Part shown: positions 40,761-52,062 of the stretch, piece by piece | Position numbering within the stretch: the first letter of the stretch is position 1 | Layout: the number at the start of each line of letters is the position of its first letter | The notes under the pieces: generated by a model | Database searches by the model: none | What the model was told of the DNA's origin: nothing | Seen by the model: the letters and a program-made list of their open reading frames with translations, nothing else | Source: an uncultured Candidatus Rokubacteria bacterium | Lineage (GTDB): Bacteria > Methylomirabilota > Methylomirabilia > Rokubacteriales > CSP1-6 | Direction: 5' to 3' | Assembly (NCBI GenBank): GCA_963754315.1 | Contig: CAVWFS010000019.1 | Span: 608,001-672,000 of the forward strand | Length of the DNA stretch: 64,000 nucleotides | Program-made: the position numbers and the translations under genes

Positions 40761-41503
40761 CACGGCCCACGCTCCAGGAACCCCTCGGTCATGGCGTTGA
40801 CCTCCGGGGTACTCGTGCGGGCGATGGTGTTGATGCGCGCCTTCATCTCGGCGAGGGGGCGGAACGGCTTGGCCAGCAGCATGTCGGTGAACGCGCGGAC
40901 GCTTGCCTCGAGCTCTGCCCTCGGCACCACGCGTGTGAGGAGCCCGAGCGCGAGCGCCTCCGCCGCCGAGTACCGGCGACATTCCATGATGATCTCCTTC
41001 GCCCGGGCCGGCCCTACCATCCTGACGAAACGTGTGGTAGACGCGACACCAAGGGGGACCCCCAGATCGACCTCGGGGATCCAGAACTGCGCTTCGCTGG
41101 CAGCAATCCGGAAATCGCAGGCTAAGGTCAGGCCCCATCCACCACCGACGGCGTGGCCGTTGATCATGCCGACGGTGGCCTGCTCCAGGTTCTCGAGGAG
41201 CGTCTGGGCACGCTCGAAGAGTCGGCGGAACTGGGTCTTACGCTGGGTGAAGGCGTGGCGCCGTTCCTCCGGGGACATCGTCGACTTGAGCCCCGCGTCG
41301 GCCCCGGCCGAGAAGACCGGTGGGGCGCCCGTGACGACGACGACCCGCGTGCTGGGATCATCACGCAGCGCGGCGAAGGCGGCCGCCAGCTCGGTCAACA
41401 TGGCGTCGCTGAGCGCATTACGACGCTCGGGGCAGTTCAGGGTTACAGTGGCGAGGGGACCCTCCCGAGCGAGGGTGACGTTGGAGCGGACGGGGGCGTT
41501 CAT
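40760..41503 (-). CDS. Enoyl-CoA hydratase/isomerase
   Basis: FSAGAD, AVGGGWGL, PEVDLG. Confidence 0.88.
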   Translation of the reverse strand: MNAPVRSNVTLAREGPLATVTLNCPERRNALSDAMLTELAAAFAALRDDPSTRVVVVTGAPPVFSAGADAGLKSTMSPEERRHAFTQRKTQFRRLFERAQTLLENLEQATVGMINGHAVGGGWGLTLACDFRIAASEAQFWIPEVDLGVPLGVASTTRFVRMVGPARAKEIIMECRRYSAAEALALGLLTRVVPRAELEASVRAFTDMLLAKPFRPLAEMKARINTIARTSTPEVNAMTEGFLERGP

Positions 41504-41667
41504 CGGTTCCGGCCGACCCTAGCACACGGGTGCTGGACCGGGCAATGCGCCCCCCGCAGAAGGCCCACTTGCGTCTGGGGCAGGCGCGGCTATAATCCCT
41601 CAACTTTCCGGTTCTCGGCCAGGAGGCAACCGCCCGTGATCGCAACGACGCCTAGGGTGAGGCGGCC

Positions 41668-42588
41668 ATGAGAAAGTTCATTGTCAAGCGCCTCTTTTAC
41701 TCGCTGATCTCGCTTATTCTGCTATCCCTGACGATCTTCCTGATCGTGCGCATCACCGGCGATCCTACGACCTTGCTCGTGGAGCCCGGTGCCAGCAAGG
41801 GCGACATCGAGGCCCTGCGCGCCCAGCTCGGCCTCGATCGCCCCCTGTGGGTCCAGTACGGCGCGTTCATGAGCAACCTGCTTCGGGGCGACTTCGGCCA
41901 GTCGTTCTACTACCGAACACCCGTCTTCGAGCTCTACCTGTCCCGCCTTCCGTACTCGCTGTTTCTGGCGCTTGTGGCCATGGCCTTCTCGCTCATCATC
42001 GGTATCCCCAGCGGAATCATGGCCGCGATCCGGGTCAACCGGTGGTGGGACCGCGTCGGGAAGATCTTTTCCCTGCTCGGGCTCTCCATGCCACCGTTCT
42101 GGGCGGGTCTGCTGCTGATCCTGTTCTTTTCCGTCTACCTCGGCTGGCTGCCTTCCTCAGGGGCGGGCGGGTTCCAGCATGTCCTCATGCCGGCCTTTGC
42201 CCTTGGCTGGTTCTTCGCGGCCGCCCACATGCGACTGACCCGCTCGTCCATGCTCGAGGTGCTAGGTTCCGAGTACGTGAAGCTGGCGCGGCTCAAGGGG
42301 CTGCCGGAGGCCCTTGTCATCGCCAAGCACGCCTTCAAGAACGCGCTGATCCCGGTCCTCACCCTGGCCGGAATCAACCTCGTCCTCATGGTGAACGTCG
42401 CCGTGGTCGTGGAGACGGTATTCGCGTGGCCCGGGGTGGGCCGCTTGATGTATGAGGGCATTAGCTTCCGCGATTTCCCGATCGTGCAGGCCACCACCTT
42501 GCTAGGAGGGGCTATGATTGTCGTGGTGAACCTCGTCGTCGACATCCTCTACGCCGTCATCGATCCGAGGATCCGCTATGAGCGTTAG
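41668..42588 (+). CDS. Peptide ABC permease (DppB-like)
   Basis: GDFGQS, RSSMLEVLGSEYVKLARLKG, ETVFAWPG. Confidence 0.92.
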   Translation: MRKFIVKRLFYSLISLILLSLTIFLIVRITGDPTTLLVEPGASKGDIEALRAQLGLDRPLWVQYGAFMSNLLRGDFGQSFYYRTPVFELYLSRLPYSLFLALVAMAFSLIIGIPSGIMAAIRVNRWWDRVGKIFSLLGLSMPPFWAGLLLILFFSVYLGWLPSSGAGGFQHVLMPAFALGWFFAAAHMRLTRSSMLEVLGSEYVKLARLKGLPEALVIAKHAFKNALIPVLTLAGINLVLMVNVAVVVETVFAWPGVGRLMYEGISFRDFPIVQATTLLGGAMIVVVNLVVDILYAVIDPRIRYER

Positions 42589-43462
42589 CCGCGCCGCGAC
42601 CTTCAATCTCGTCTGGCGAGTGGCCAGCTTCCGTCGGGAAGGCCTACCCGTGGTGCCCCTCGCGATCATGGCTGTGCTGGCCCTGACGGCGATCTTCGCC
42701 GACGTGATCGCTCCGCACGATCCGCAGATCGGTGTCCTGGGCGCCCGCTTCAAGCCACCGTTCTGGCAGACCGGGGGCAGCACGGAATTCCTGCTGGGGA
42801 CCGACCACCTCGGCCGCGACGTGCTGTCGCGCCTGATCTTCGGCGCGCGCGTCTCCATGGTGGTGGGTTTGACGGCGGTCCTGATCGCCGGCGCGATCGG
42901 AACCACGCTCGGCATCGTGTCGGGCTACCTGGGCAAATGGGTCGACCAGGTCATCATGCGCATCACCGATACCTGGCTGGCCTTTCCTGCGCTGGTTCTC
43001 GCGATCTTCCTGGCCGCCGTGGTGGGACCGAGCGAGAGGAACATCATCATCATCCTGGCCGCTACCTACTGGACGCGGTATGCGCGGGTCATTCGCGGGG
43101 AGGTCCTCTCGCTCAAGGAGCGCGACTTCGTCCGGCTGGCCATCGTGGCCGGCTGCTCGAAGTGGACCATCATGCGCCGCCACATGCTACCCAACGTGTT
43201 GAATTCGGCCTTCGTCATCGCCACCCTCATGCTCGGTGTGGTGATCGTCGCCGAAGCCTCGCTGAGCTTCCTGGGCGTCGGCGTGCCACCGCCGAAGCCG
43301 GCGTGGGGTCTCATGCTGGCCGACGGTAAGAAGGGGCTGATGGCCGGCTATTGGTGGCTCACTGTCTTCCCAGGCGCCTGCATTATGCTGATGGTGCTGT
43401 CGGCCAACCTCCTGGGTGACTGGCTCCGCGTGAAGCTCGATCCGCAGCTTCGCCAACTGTGA
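42578..43462 (+). CDS. Peptide ABC permease (DppC-like)
   Basis: LGTDHLGRD, RHMLPN, EASLSFLG. Confidence 0.92.
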   Translation: MSVSRAATFNLVWRVASFRREGLPVVPLAIMAVLALTAIFADVIAPHDPQIGVLGARFKPPFWQTGGSTEFLLGTDHLGRDVLSRLIFGARVSMVVGLTAVLIAGAIGTTLGIVSGYLGKWVDQVIMRITDTWLAFPALVLAIFLAAVVGPSERNIIIILAATYWTRYARVIRGEVLSLKERDFVRLAIVAGCSKWTIMRRHMLPNVLNSAFVIATLMLGVVIVAEASLSFLGVGVPPPKPAWGLMLADGKKGLMAGYWWLTVFPGACIMLMVLSANLLGDWLRVKLDPQLRQL

Positions 43463-44427
43463 AGCTGCTCGAGGTCGACGGCCTCAGCACCCATTACGTC
43501 TCGGCGGGGGGCACCCGGGTCACCCGCGCCGTCGACAACGTGTCCTTCTCGCTGGACGCCGGGGGCACCCTCGGCATTGTGGGCGAGTCGGGGTCGGGCA
43601 AGACCACCCTCGCCCTCTCCCTCCTGCGCTTACTGCCGACGGCAGCCCACATTGTGGGAGGCGCCATTCGCTTCGAAGGCGAAGATCTTCTGACCAAATC
43701 CGATCAAGAAATGCGACGGATTCGTGGGAAGCGGATGGCCATGATCTTGCAGGACCCCATGGCGTCGCTGGACCCACTCTTCACCGTGGGTGATCAGGTC
43801 GCGGAAACGCTCCGGGCGCACGAGAATGTCACCCGGCGGAGCGCGTGGACGAAGGCGCGGGACCTCCTGGCTGCCGTGCGAATCGCAGCCCCCTCTCAGC
43901 GCGTCCGGGAATTTCCCCACGAGCTCTCGGGCGGTATGCGCCAACGGATCGTGGGCGCCATCGCCATCTCGTGCGAGCCGCGTTTGCTCATCGCCGACGA
44001 GCCGACGACCAGCCTCGACGTGACCATTCAGGCCCAGTACCTGAGCCTGCTGCGCGATCTGCAGCGCGAGTACGGCCTGGCCCTGATCTTCATCACCCAC
44101 AACCTCGGCATCGTGGCCAAGATGTGCGACGCGGTGGCGGTGATGTATGCGGGTCGGCTGGTGGAATCGGGACCCGTGCGCCAGATCTTCAACTCCCCGG
44201 CCCACCCCTACACGAAGGCCCTCATCGAGTCGATCCCGCGCCTCGGTGACTCCACGGTCCGCCTCACAGCCATCGACGGCCAGCCACCAGATCCCAGCGC
44301 CCTTCCCTCCGGGTGCGCCTTCCATCCGCGCTGCCCGAAGGCCATGGAGCGCTGCCGGATCGAAGCGCCTCCCAACGTCGAGGTCGCCAAGAGCCAGATG
44401 ACCGCCTGCTGGCTGTGGGCGCCATGA
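43459..44427 (+). CDS. Peptide ABC ATPase (DppD-like)
   Basis: GESGSGKT, LSGGMRQR, HPYT, GCAFHPRC. Confidence 0.93.
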   Translation: MKLLEVDGLSTHYVSAGGTRVTRAVDNVSFSLDAGGTLGIVGESGSGKTTLALSLLRLLPTAAHIVGGAIRFEGEDLLTKSDQEMRRIRGKRMAMILQDPMASLDPLFTVGDQVAETLRAHENVTRRSAWTKARDLLAAVRIAAPSQRVREFPHELSGGMRQRIVGAIAISCEPRLLIADEPTTSLDVTIQAQYLSLLRDLQREYGLALIFITHNLGIVAKMCDAVAVMYAGRLVESGPVRQIFNSPAHPYTKALIESIPRLGDSTVRLTAIDGQPPDPSALPSGCAFHPRCPKAMERCRIEAPPNVEVAKSQMTACWLWAP

Positions 44428-45405
44428 AGGAGCGCACGACCCCGGTCATCGAGGCTCGTCACCTCACCAAGCATTTTCCGGTACGGAGCGGCCTCTTCTC
44501 CCGGCCCACCGGCTATGTGAGTGCGGTCGACGATATCTCGTTCGGCATCGAGACGGGCCGTACGCTTGGCGTCGTGGGTGAGTCTGGCTGTGGCAAGACC
44601 ACCACCGCCAAGCTGGTGCTGAAGCTGGAAGAGCCCACGGGCGGCGAGCTTCTCTTCGAGGGCAAGAATCTCCAGACACATGATGCCGAGGAGGTCCGCT
44701 CTCTATCGTCGCTCCGTGCAGGCGGTGTTCCAGGATCCCTATGCCTCGTTGAACCCGCGCATGCGCATCAGTGCCATCATCACCGAACCGCTCATCACCA
44801 ATGAGCGCACCACCTCGGCCCAGGCCAGCACTCGCGTTGAGCAGCTGCTCGATGTGGTGGGCTTGCCGCGCCGGTGCGCGTCCTATTTTCCCCATGAGTT
44901 TTCGGGTGGGCAGCGTCAGCGGATCGCCATTGCGCGATCCCTGGCCCTCTCCCCGAAGCTGCTCGTCCTCGACGAGCCGGTGTCGGCGCTCGACGTATCG
45001 ATCCGGGCCCAGATCCTGAACCTGCTGCGCGATCTGCAAATCCAGCTCGGGCTCTCCTATCTGTTTATCGCCCACGACCTGGCGGCGGTGGCCCACATGA
45101 GCCACACCATCGCCGTCATGTACCTCGGCAAGATCGTGGAGGTTGGTGAGGCCAACACCGTTGCCAAGGATCCGAAGCACCCGTACACGCAGGCGCTCTT
45201 CTCGGCCGCTCTGCCCTCCCACCCCGACGACCATCGGGAGGGGATCGTCCTGGCGGGTGAGGTCCCAAGTCCTCTCAACCCCCCGGCGGGGTGCCGATTC
45301 CACCCCCGGTGCGCCTTCGCGATGCCCCGTTGCTCCACCGAGGTTCCGGCGCTCCAGCTTGTCGAGGGCCGCGAGGTCGCCTGTCATCTCTTCCCGACCC
45401 AGTAG
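44424..45405 (+). CDS. Peptide ABC ATPase (DppF-like) with a +1 frameshift near 44700
   Basis: GESGCGKTT in the first frame; [28 protein letters not shown] in the second. Confidence 0.88.
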
Positions 45406-45420
45406 TCCGAGGAGGGAGCC

Positions 45421-45966
45421 GTGATCACACTGAGTTGGTCGGCGCTCGCGCTCCGTGGTGTCCTGGCGATCATCTTCGGCATCCTGCTCTTCATCTGGCC
45501 CGGTATCTCGTTGTTCGTCCTCGTGCTCTTTTTCGGGGCCCACGCGCTCATCGACGGGGTGTTGGCGCTCGTGGCCGCCTTCCGTGGCTCGAGGTCGGGT
45601 GGACGGTGGTGGGCCATGCTCATCCAGGGCATCCTCGGTATCGCGACTGGAATCGTCACCTTCGTGTGGCCCGGACTGACAGCCTTCGTGCTTCTGTATT
45701 TCATCGCGATATGGGCCATCATCATCGGGATCTTCGAGATCGTTGCCGCCATCCGCCTGCGCAAAGAGATCGAGGGCGAGTGGCTGCTCGCCCTGCGGGG
45801 GGTGCTGGCCGTGCTCTTCGGCGTGATCCTCATCATCAGTCCCGGAGCGGGCGCCCTCGCCGTGGTATGGACCATCGGGATCTTCTCGATTGCTCTTGGT
45901 GTGCTGGAACTGGTCCTGGCCATGCGCCTTCGGGGTCACCACCAGCGGAGAGTCGCCACCGCCTGA
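45421..45966 (+). CDS. HdeD/DUF308 family membrane protein
   Basis: LRGVLAIIFG..WPG repeated; AAIRLRKEIEGEW. Confidence 0.85.
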   Translation: MITLSWSALALRGVLAIIFGILLFIWPGISLFVLVLFFGAHALIDGVLALVAAFRGSRSGGRWWAMLIQGILGIATGIVTFVWPGLTAFVLLYFIAIWAIIIGIFEIVAAIRLRKEIEGEWLLALRGVLAVLFGVILIISPGAGALAVVWTIGIFSIALGVLELVLAMRLRGHHQRRVATA

Positions 45967-46050
45967 GCGCCTTCTGATACCGGCTCCTGGCCAACGCAGC
46001 GCCCCCCTCACCCTGGCGGGGGGTCGCGCTTTCGAGCGGCCCCTACAATG

Positions 46051-46185
46051 CTAGGGGAGGTTGACCGTGCCGGAGACTCCGGCTCGGCGCACGATCTCCT
46101 GGACGAGCGGGGTGAACATCATCACGACGAACAAGGCCGTGATGACCGCGATAGCCCAGCGAAGGAGCCGGGGAAAGGAGCCCAC
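46051..46185 (-). CDS. Small single-TM protein, 44 aa (below the ORF-track cut-off)
   Basis: MGSFPRLLRWAIAVITALFVVMMFTPLVQEIVRRAGVSGTVNLP; GC3-rich codons; upstream promoter. Confidence 0.6.
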   Translation of the reverse strand: MGSFPRLLRWAIAVITALFVVMMFTPLVQEIVRRAGVSGTVNLP

Positions 46186-46195
46186 CTTCCGTCGG

Positions 46196-46225
46196 AATCT
46201 AGGTCTGGTGGTCCCGCCCTGTCAA
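46196..46225 (-). promoter_or_regulatory. sigma70-type promoter
   Basis: TTGACA-N18-TAGATT, 10 nt before GTG 46185. Confidence 0.6.
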
Positions 46226-46284
46226 GGGCGCCGCTGATCGAATCGCTTCCTCCGTACGCGGGGCTGGTGCCAGAATGCTGTGCC

Positions 46285-46662
46285 ATGAAAACCCTCGCGC
46301 TCCGTCTTGTTGCGATGAGTCTCATGCCCAGTTTCCTGACCGCCTGTGCGAGCGGGCCGATTCCCGGGGGGCTCACCCGCCCAGGAGAACCCGCGGTTTC
46401 GGCCGTCATGAACTATCGGTCCAGTATCCTGGGGGGCTCTGGAAAGCTGTGGACGACCCTCCCGACGGGCGAGCACTTCACGGGAAAGTATCAGCTCGTG
46501 CCGCACGCGCGCGACCGGCAGATGACCAGCACCCTGACGGGAGACCGTGGATCCACCATGGTTTGCCGCTTTACCCTCAGCGAGCCGGGAGTGGGCCCGG
46601 ACAAGGGCGGTACGGTTCAGTGCCAGCTCTCCACGGGCGGCACCTTCGACGCCACATTCTGA
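46285..46662 (+). CDS. Hypothetical lipoprotein
   Basis: Lipobox LTAC; small Gly-rich beta domain with two further Cys. Confidence 0.75.
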   Translation: MKTLALRLVAMSLMPSFLTACASGPIPGGLTRPGEPAVSAVMNYRSSILGGSGKLWTTLPTGEHFTGKYQLVPHARDRQMTSTLTGDRGSTMVCRFTLSEPGVGPDKGGTVQCQLSTGGTFDATF

Positions 46663-46754
46663 GCAATGCTCAATCCACGTCCTCCAAAGGCCGGTCGACA
46701 TGGCCACGCAATCTCCCGACCGTCCCAGGGCTTTTCATCTGTTACATTCTCTCT

Positions 46755-47696
46755 GTGATCACCCCCGCGCGCGTGACCCTCTGCGAGGTCGGGACCCGTG
46801 ACGGGTTCCAGATCGAGCCCCAGTTCATCCCAACCGAGCAAAAGATCGAGGTCGTCGACCTGCTCTCAGAGGCCGGTCTGCCTCGTATCGAAGTGACATC
46901 GTTCGTCCACCCCAAGGCGGTGCCCCAGCTCCGCGACGCCGAAGAGGTCATGGCGAAGATCCGTCGGCGGCCGGGGACGCAGTACGCTGCGCTGGTCCCC
47001 AACGACAAGGGCGCCGTGCGGGCGGTGGACGCCGGTGTGGACGCCGTCCACACGGTCGTGAGTGCGAGCGAAAGCCACAATCTCGCCAACGTCAACATGA
47101 GCATCGCCGAATCGCTCGACAAGCTGGCGGCCGTCCTGCAGGTTGCCGCCCGCGCCCGGGTCCCGGTCAGCTGTGGGATTTCGACGTCCTTCGGCTGTCC
47201 TTTCGAGGGCGATGTCCCCCTGAGCCAGCTCGATTCCATCATCGGGCGGCTCGCCGATGGCGGCGCCCGCGCCTTTGGCCTGGCCGATACGACAGGGATG
47301 GCCAACCCGCGCCAGGTCGCCCGCGTCTTCGAGCACCTGGTCCCGCGGTTTCCCGGCGTTGAGTGGACCCTCCACACGCATGACACCAGGGCCATGGCCA
47401 TCCCCAACATCCTGGCCGCCATGGAATACGGGGTGACGCATCTGGACGGCTCCATCGGAGGCCTTGGGGGGTGCCCCTTCGCGCCGGGTGCGTCCGGGAA
47501 CGTGTGCAGCGAGGACCTCGTCCACTGTCTGCACGCGATGGGGATCGAGACCGGCATCGACCTGGATCGTTTGATTGCGGTGTCTCGTCGCGTACAGGAG
47601 ATCGTCGGGCGCCCGCTCCCGGGCCAGATCGTGAAAGCTGGTACGTGGGACCGGCGCTACCCGCTCCCGGACACCGTCGCTGCCCGGCGGGCATGA
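46755..47696 (+). CDS. Hydroxymethylglutaryl-CoA lyase family
   Basis: EVGTRDGFQ, HTHDTR, GGLGGCPFAPGASGN. Confidence 0.92.
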   Translation: MITPARVTLCEVGTRDGFQIEPQFIPTEQKIEVVDLLSEAGLPRIEVTSFVHPKAVPQLRDAEEVMAKIRRRPGTQYAALVPNDKGAVRAVDAGVDAVHTVVSASESHNLANVNMSIAESLDKLAAVLQVAARARVPVSCGISTSFGCPFEGDVPLSQLDSIIGRLADGGARAFGLADTTGMANPRQVARVFEHLVPRFPGVEWTLHTHDTRAMAIPNILAAMEYGVTHLDGSIGGLGGCPFAPGASGNVCSEDLVHCLHAMGIETGIDLDRLIAVSRRVQEIVGRPLPGQIVKAGTWDRRYPLPDTVAARRA

Positions 47697-48250
47697 CCAA
47701 GAGCGCTCAGCGGATGCTGGCATTGATGGATCGGGCCACCACGCGCTGGCACATTCCCGTGATCGGCCGAGCCAAGGGGCGCGTCATCAGGCGGCTCCTC
47801 GAGAAGCATCGGTCCCGACGCGCGGTCGAGCTCGGCTCGCTCATTGGGTACTCGGCGATTCTCATCGCCGGCTCCTTGGCTCCTGGCGGAAAGCTGGTCT
47901 GCATCGAGGCTCATCCTTTTCTCGCCACGCTCGTGGAGGCCAACGTCGAGGAGGCTGGACTCGCCCGCCGCGTAAGAGTCGTGGCGGGTGATGCGCTTCG
48001 CGTTCTGCCGCTGCTGCCCGGCCGCTTTGACTTCGTGCTGATCGACGCCGCCAAGGAGGACTATCTCGACTACCTCCGTCAGCTGGAGCCCAAGCTGTCC
48101 CCCGGCGCCGTGGTGGTGGCCGACAATACCGGCATCTTCCGGCGCGACGTGTCGCCCTATCTCGATTACGTCCGGAGTACGGCGGGCCGCTACAAGAGTC
48201 GCGAGTACGAGTTCGGTGATGACACGATGGAAGTCTCCATCCTGACCTGA
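47693..48250 (+). CDS. Class I SAM-dependent O-methyltransferase
   Basis: VELGSLIGYS, FDFVLIDAAK, VVVADN. Confidence 0.88.
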   Translation: MTKSAQRMLALMDRATTRWHIPVIGRAKGRVIRRLLEKHRSRRAVELGSLIGYSAILIAGSLAPGGKLVCIEAHPFLATLVEANVEEAGLARRVRVVAGDALRVLPLLPGRFDFVLIDAAKEDYLDYLRQLEPKLSPGAVVVADNTGIFRRDVSPYLDYVRSTAGRYKSREYEFGDDTMEVSILT

Positions 48251-48290
48251 GCCTCGGAGCCGGGCCCAGACCGGCTAGAACGCGCACATT

Positions 48291-49262
48291 GTGGCCATCG
48301 TGAAACCGGAGCCAAGGCGGGCGGCCTACATTTCCCCGGGCGCTGACCTGGCAGCAGCCACCGAGCTCGCGCGTCGCGTAGATGAGCTCGACTATGACAG
48401 CGTGTGGGTGACGCATGGGCTCGGTCGGGACTCGTTCCTCGTGCTGGCTGCCTACGGCGCCGCCACGACCCACATCGGCCTCGGCAACGGGGTCGTGCCT
48501 ATCTATCCGCGGCATCCGGTGGCCATGGCCCAGGCCGCCCTCAGCCTGTCCGAGATGACCCGTGGGCGGTTTCGGCTCGGGATCGGCATCAGCCACCAGG
48601 CCAGCATGGAGTCGATGCTGGGGCTCGAGCTCAAGCAGCCCTTGACCGTCATGCGGGAATACGTCGCCGTCCTGCGTGGCGCGCTGGGCGAAGGCGCCTC
48701 GTTCACGGGCGAGCACTATCGGGCCCAGTGGAGCCTCGCGCTCCCGCGGCGCCCGCCCGCTCCGCCCATCTATCTGGCCGCCCTCTCGCGAAAAATGCTG
48801 GAACTGGCCGGGGAGATCGCCGACGGGGTAATCCTCTGGCTGTGCGCACCCGCCTACATTCGGGAGGTGGCGATACCGGCACTGACCCGGGGACGGCAGC
48901 GGACTGGCAAGACGCTCGAGAGCTTCGAGATCGTGGCCGCGGTGCCGGCCGCGCTCACCCTCGACCCGGTTGCCGCGCGCCGAGCCTTCCAGGCAGAGCT
49001 CGCGCGCTACCTGACACTGCCCTTCTACCGCACCATGCTCAACGCGAGCGGCTTCGGCGACGCGCTGCAGAGCTTCGATAGCACCGGCCGGACACCTGAC
49101 ACGCTGATGGACGCATTGGGCGCTATCGGTGACGAGGCCACCGGGCGCGCCTTCGTGGCAGCCCATCGTGCGGCCGGGGTGACCTTGCCCGCCGTGCGCC
49201 CGATCACCTTCCCCGACGCGGCGTGGTACCGCCCTACCCTGGAAGCCGGAGCAGGCTGGTAG
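48291..49262 (+). CDS. LLM-class F420/flavin-dependent oxidoreductase
   Basis: [37 protein letters not shown]. Confidence 0.88.
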   Translation: MAIVKPEPRRAAYISPGADLAAATELARRVDELDYDSVWVTHGLGRDSFLVLAAYGAATTHIGLGNGVVPIYPRHPVAMAQAALSLSEMTRGRFRLGIGISHQASMESMLGLELKQPLTVMREYVAVLRGALGEGASFTGEHYRAQWSLALPRRPPAPPIYLAALSRKMLELAGEIADGVILWLCAPAYIREVAIPALTRGRQRTGKTLESFEIVAAVPAALTLDPVAARRAFQAELARYLTLPFYRTMLNASGFGDALQSFDSTGRTPDTLMDALGAIGDEATGRAFVAAHRAAGVTLPAVRPITFPDAAWYRPTLEAGAGW

Positions 49263-49278
49263 GGAGAATCTGCCTGAC

Positions 49279-50017
<739 letters not shown>

Positions 50018-50023
50018 CCCGAC

Positions 50024-51976
50024 CTAGGCGAGCTCCCGGGCGGCGGCGCGGAAGGCGGCGATGTGGGAGGCGAGGCCGAAGACGCGAACCTGATCGCCGG
50101 CGCGCAGCACGGTCTCGGCGTCGGGATCGATGATCACGGCGCGGTCGGTGCGAGTGATCGACACGACGTTGACGCCGAAGCGCTCGCGAATGCGCGCTTC
50201 TCGCAGTGACTGATCGGCCAGCCCCCAGCCCTCGATGGTCACGTCCTGAATCTCCGGCAGAGGGTGGCGCACTGTGGTGTCGCGTGCCGCCCGCAAATCG
50301 ATGGCATCGCGGAAGCGCTCGAGATAGGCCACGACGGGGGGCGAGGGCATGGAGAGCCTTGCCAGGGCATGCCGGATCAGGGTGGCCGCGGCCTCCAATT
50401 CGGGCTGGACGACCTCGGTGGCGCCACCCTCGACGAGTTCCTCGTGGGCGGGGCCGTGATGAGCGCGGGCCAGGATGGCCATGTGCGGATTGAGGGCACG
50501 GAGCCCGCGCACCGCCAGACGCGCGCGCGCGATCTCCGGGATCGTGACCACGGCCAGGGCCGCCTGCGCGGCACCGGCCGCGCCCAAGATCTTGGGGTGG
50601 ACAGCGTCGCCGAAGAGGCACGAGACGCCACGACGCCGCAGATGCTTGACGATGTCGGGGTCGATCTCGATGACCGTGTAGGAGATGCGAAACGTTTCCA
50701 GTGCTTCCCCGACCGCGCTCCCTACCCGGCCGAAGCCGCACAGCACCACGTGCAATCCTGCCGGGCTCGGCGTTCCATCCGGCGACGAGATGGCGCGGGA
50801 CTCGCGGGCCAGCTGAATCCGCGCGATGGCGGCGGGGACCAGCTTCACGAGGAGGGCATTGACCAGGATGGTCAGCAGCGAGGCGGCCAGGACAGCGTTG
50901 TAGACATCATCGGACACGTGTCCGGCCTGCCGGGCCACCTGCACGAGAATGAACGAGAACTCCCCGATCTGGGTGAGCCCCACCCCCACCCGCAGGGCCG
51001 TCCAGAACGTGCGCTCGAACACCCAGACCACCAGCGTCCGCACGATCAGCTTGCCGATCACCACCAAACCGACGATCGCCCCGAGGAGGGGAAGGTGGCT
51101 GACCACGCTCAATGGATCGATGAGGGCCCCCACGGTGACGAAGAACAGAGCCACGAACGCATCGCGCAATGACAGGAGGCGCGCCAGCGTCTCGTGGGCG
51201 TAGTCCGACTCGCTGATGAGCAGTCCCGCCAGGAAAGCGCCAAGAGCCAGGGAAAGTCCAGCCGCCTGCGTCACCGCCGCCGCGCCCAACCCAATGGCGA
51301 GGGCAACCAGCAGGAACAGCTCCTGGTTGTGCGTCCGGGCCACCCGGGCAAGCAGAGGCGAGACGACCTTGAAGGCGAGGTAACCGAACGGGATCAGGAT
51401 GGCCGCCGCCTTCGCGAACGCCCATCCAAAGGCAAGGAGCCGCTCACCCCCCACTGTCCCCAGCACCGGGACCAGCACCGTCAGGACGACCACCGCCAGG
51501 TCCTCAACCAGGGCGGTCCCCACCATGATGCGCCCGTGCCGCGAGTGGAGCTCTCCACGGTCGAGAAGCAGGCGCGCCAGCACCATAGTGCTGGCCACCG
51601 AGATCACGATGCCGATGACGATGCCCTGTAGGAGCGGCCAGCCCAGGAGCAGCCCAACGCTGACGCTCAGCCCCACGATGAGCAGGATGCCGAGAGGGCC
51701 GCCCACAAACGCCACCCAGCGCACGCGCGCGAGGTCGCGCAGCGAGAACTCAATCCCGATGCAGAACATCAGCAGAACCACCCCGATCTCGGCGAACAGC
51801 TCGAAGGTGTGGACGTCGGAGACGGTGGGGCCGGGGGTGAAGGGGCCGATGAGGATTCCCCCCGCCACGTAGCCGAGGATCAGGGGTTGGCGCAGGATCC
51901 AGGCGACCGCCCCACCGAGCACGGCGGCCGCGAACACATAGGCCAGGTCGCGAAAGAAGATCGGATCGGTCGTCAT
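50024..51976 (-). CDS. CPA2 cation:proton antiporter with TrkA-N and TrkA-C domains
   Basis: [36 protein letters not shown]. Confidence 0.92.
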   Translation of the reverse strand: MTTDPIFFRDLAYVFAAAVLGGAVAWILRQPLILGYVAGGILIGPFTPGPTVSDVHTFELFAEIGVVLLMFCIGIEFSLRDLARVRWVAFVGGPLGILLIVGLSVSVGLLLGWPLLQGIVIGIVISVASTMVLARLLLDRGELHSRHGRIMVGTALVEDLAVVVLTVLVPVLGTVGGERLLAFGWAFAKAAAILIPFGYLAFKVVSPLLARVARTHNQELFLLVALAIGLGAAAVTQAAGLSLALGAFLAGLLISESDYAHETLARLLSLRDAFVALFFVTVGALIDPLSVVSHLPLLGAIVGLVVIGKLIVRTLVVWVFERTFWTALRVGVGLTQIGEFSFILVQVARQAGHVSDDVYNAVLAASLLTILVNALLVKLVPAAIARIQLARESRAISSPDGTPSPAGLHVVLCGFGRVGSAVGEALETFRISYTVIEIDPDIVKHLRRRGVSCLFGDAVHPKILGAAGAAQAALAVVTIPEIARARLAVRGLRALNPHMAILARAHHGPAHEELVEGGATEVVQPELEAAATLIRHALARLSMPSPPVVAYLERFRDAIDLRAARDTTVRHPLPEIQDVTIEGWGLADQSLREARIRERFGVNVVSITRTDRAVIIDPDAETVLRAGDQVRVFGLASHIAAFRAAARELA

Positions 51977-52062
51977 CGCTGGCTCGACCGGGCGCGCGGG
52001 CTCAGCTCGTGAGCGACTGGGATACCGCGAGCGCGGGGCCGTTATGATACACGGTTAGGACC

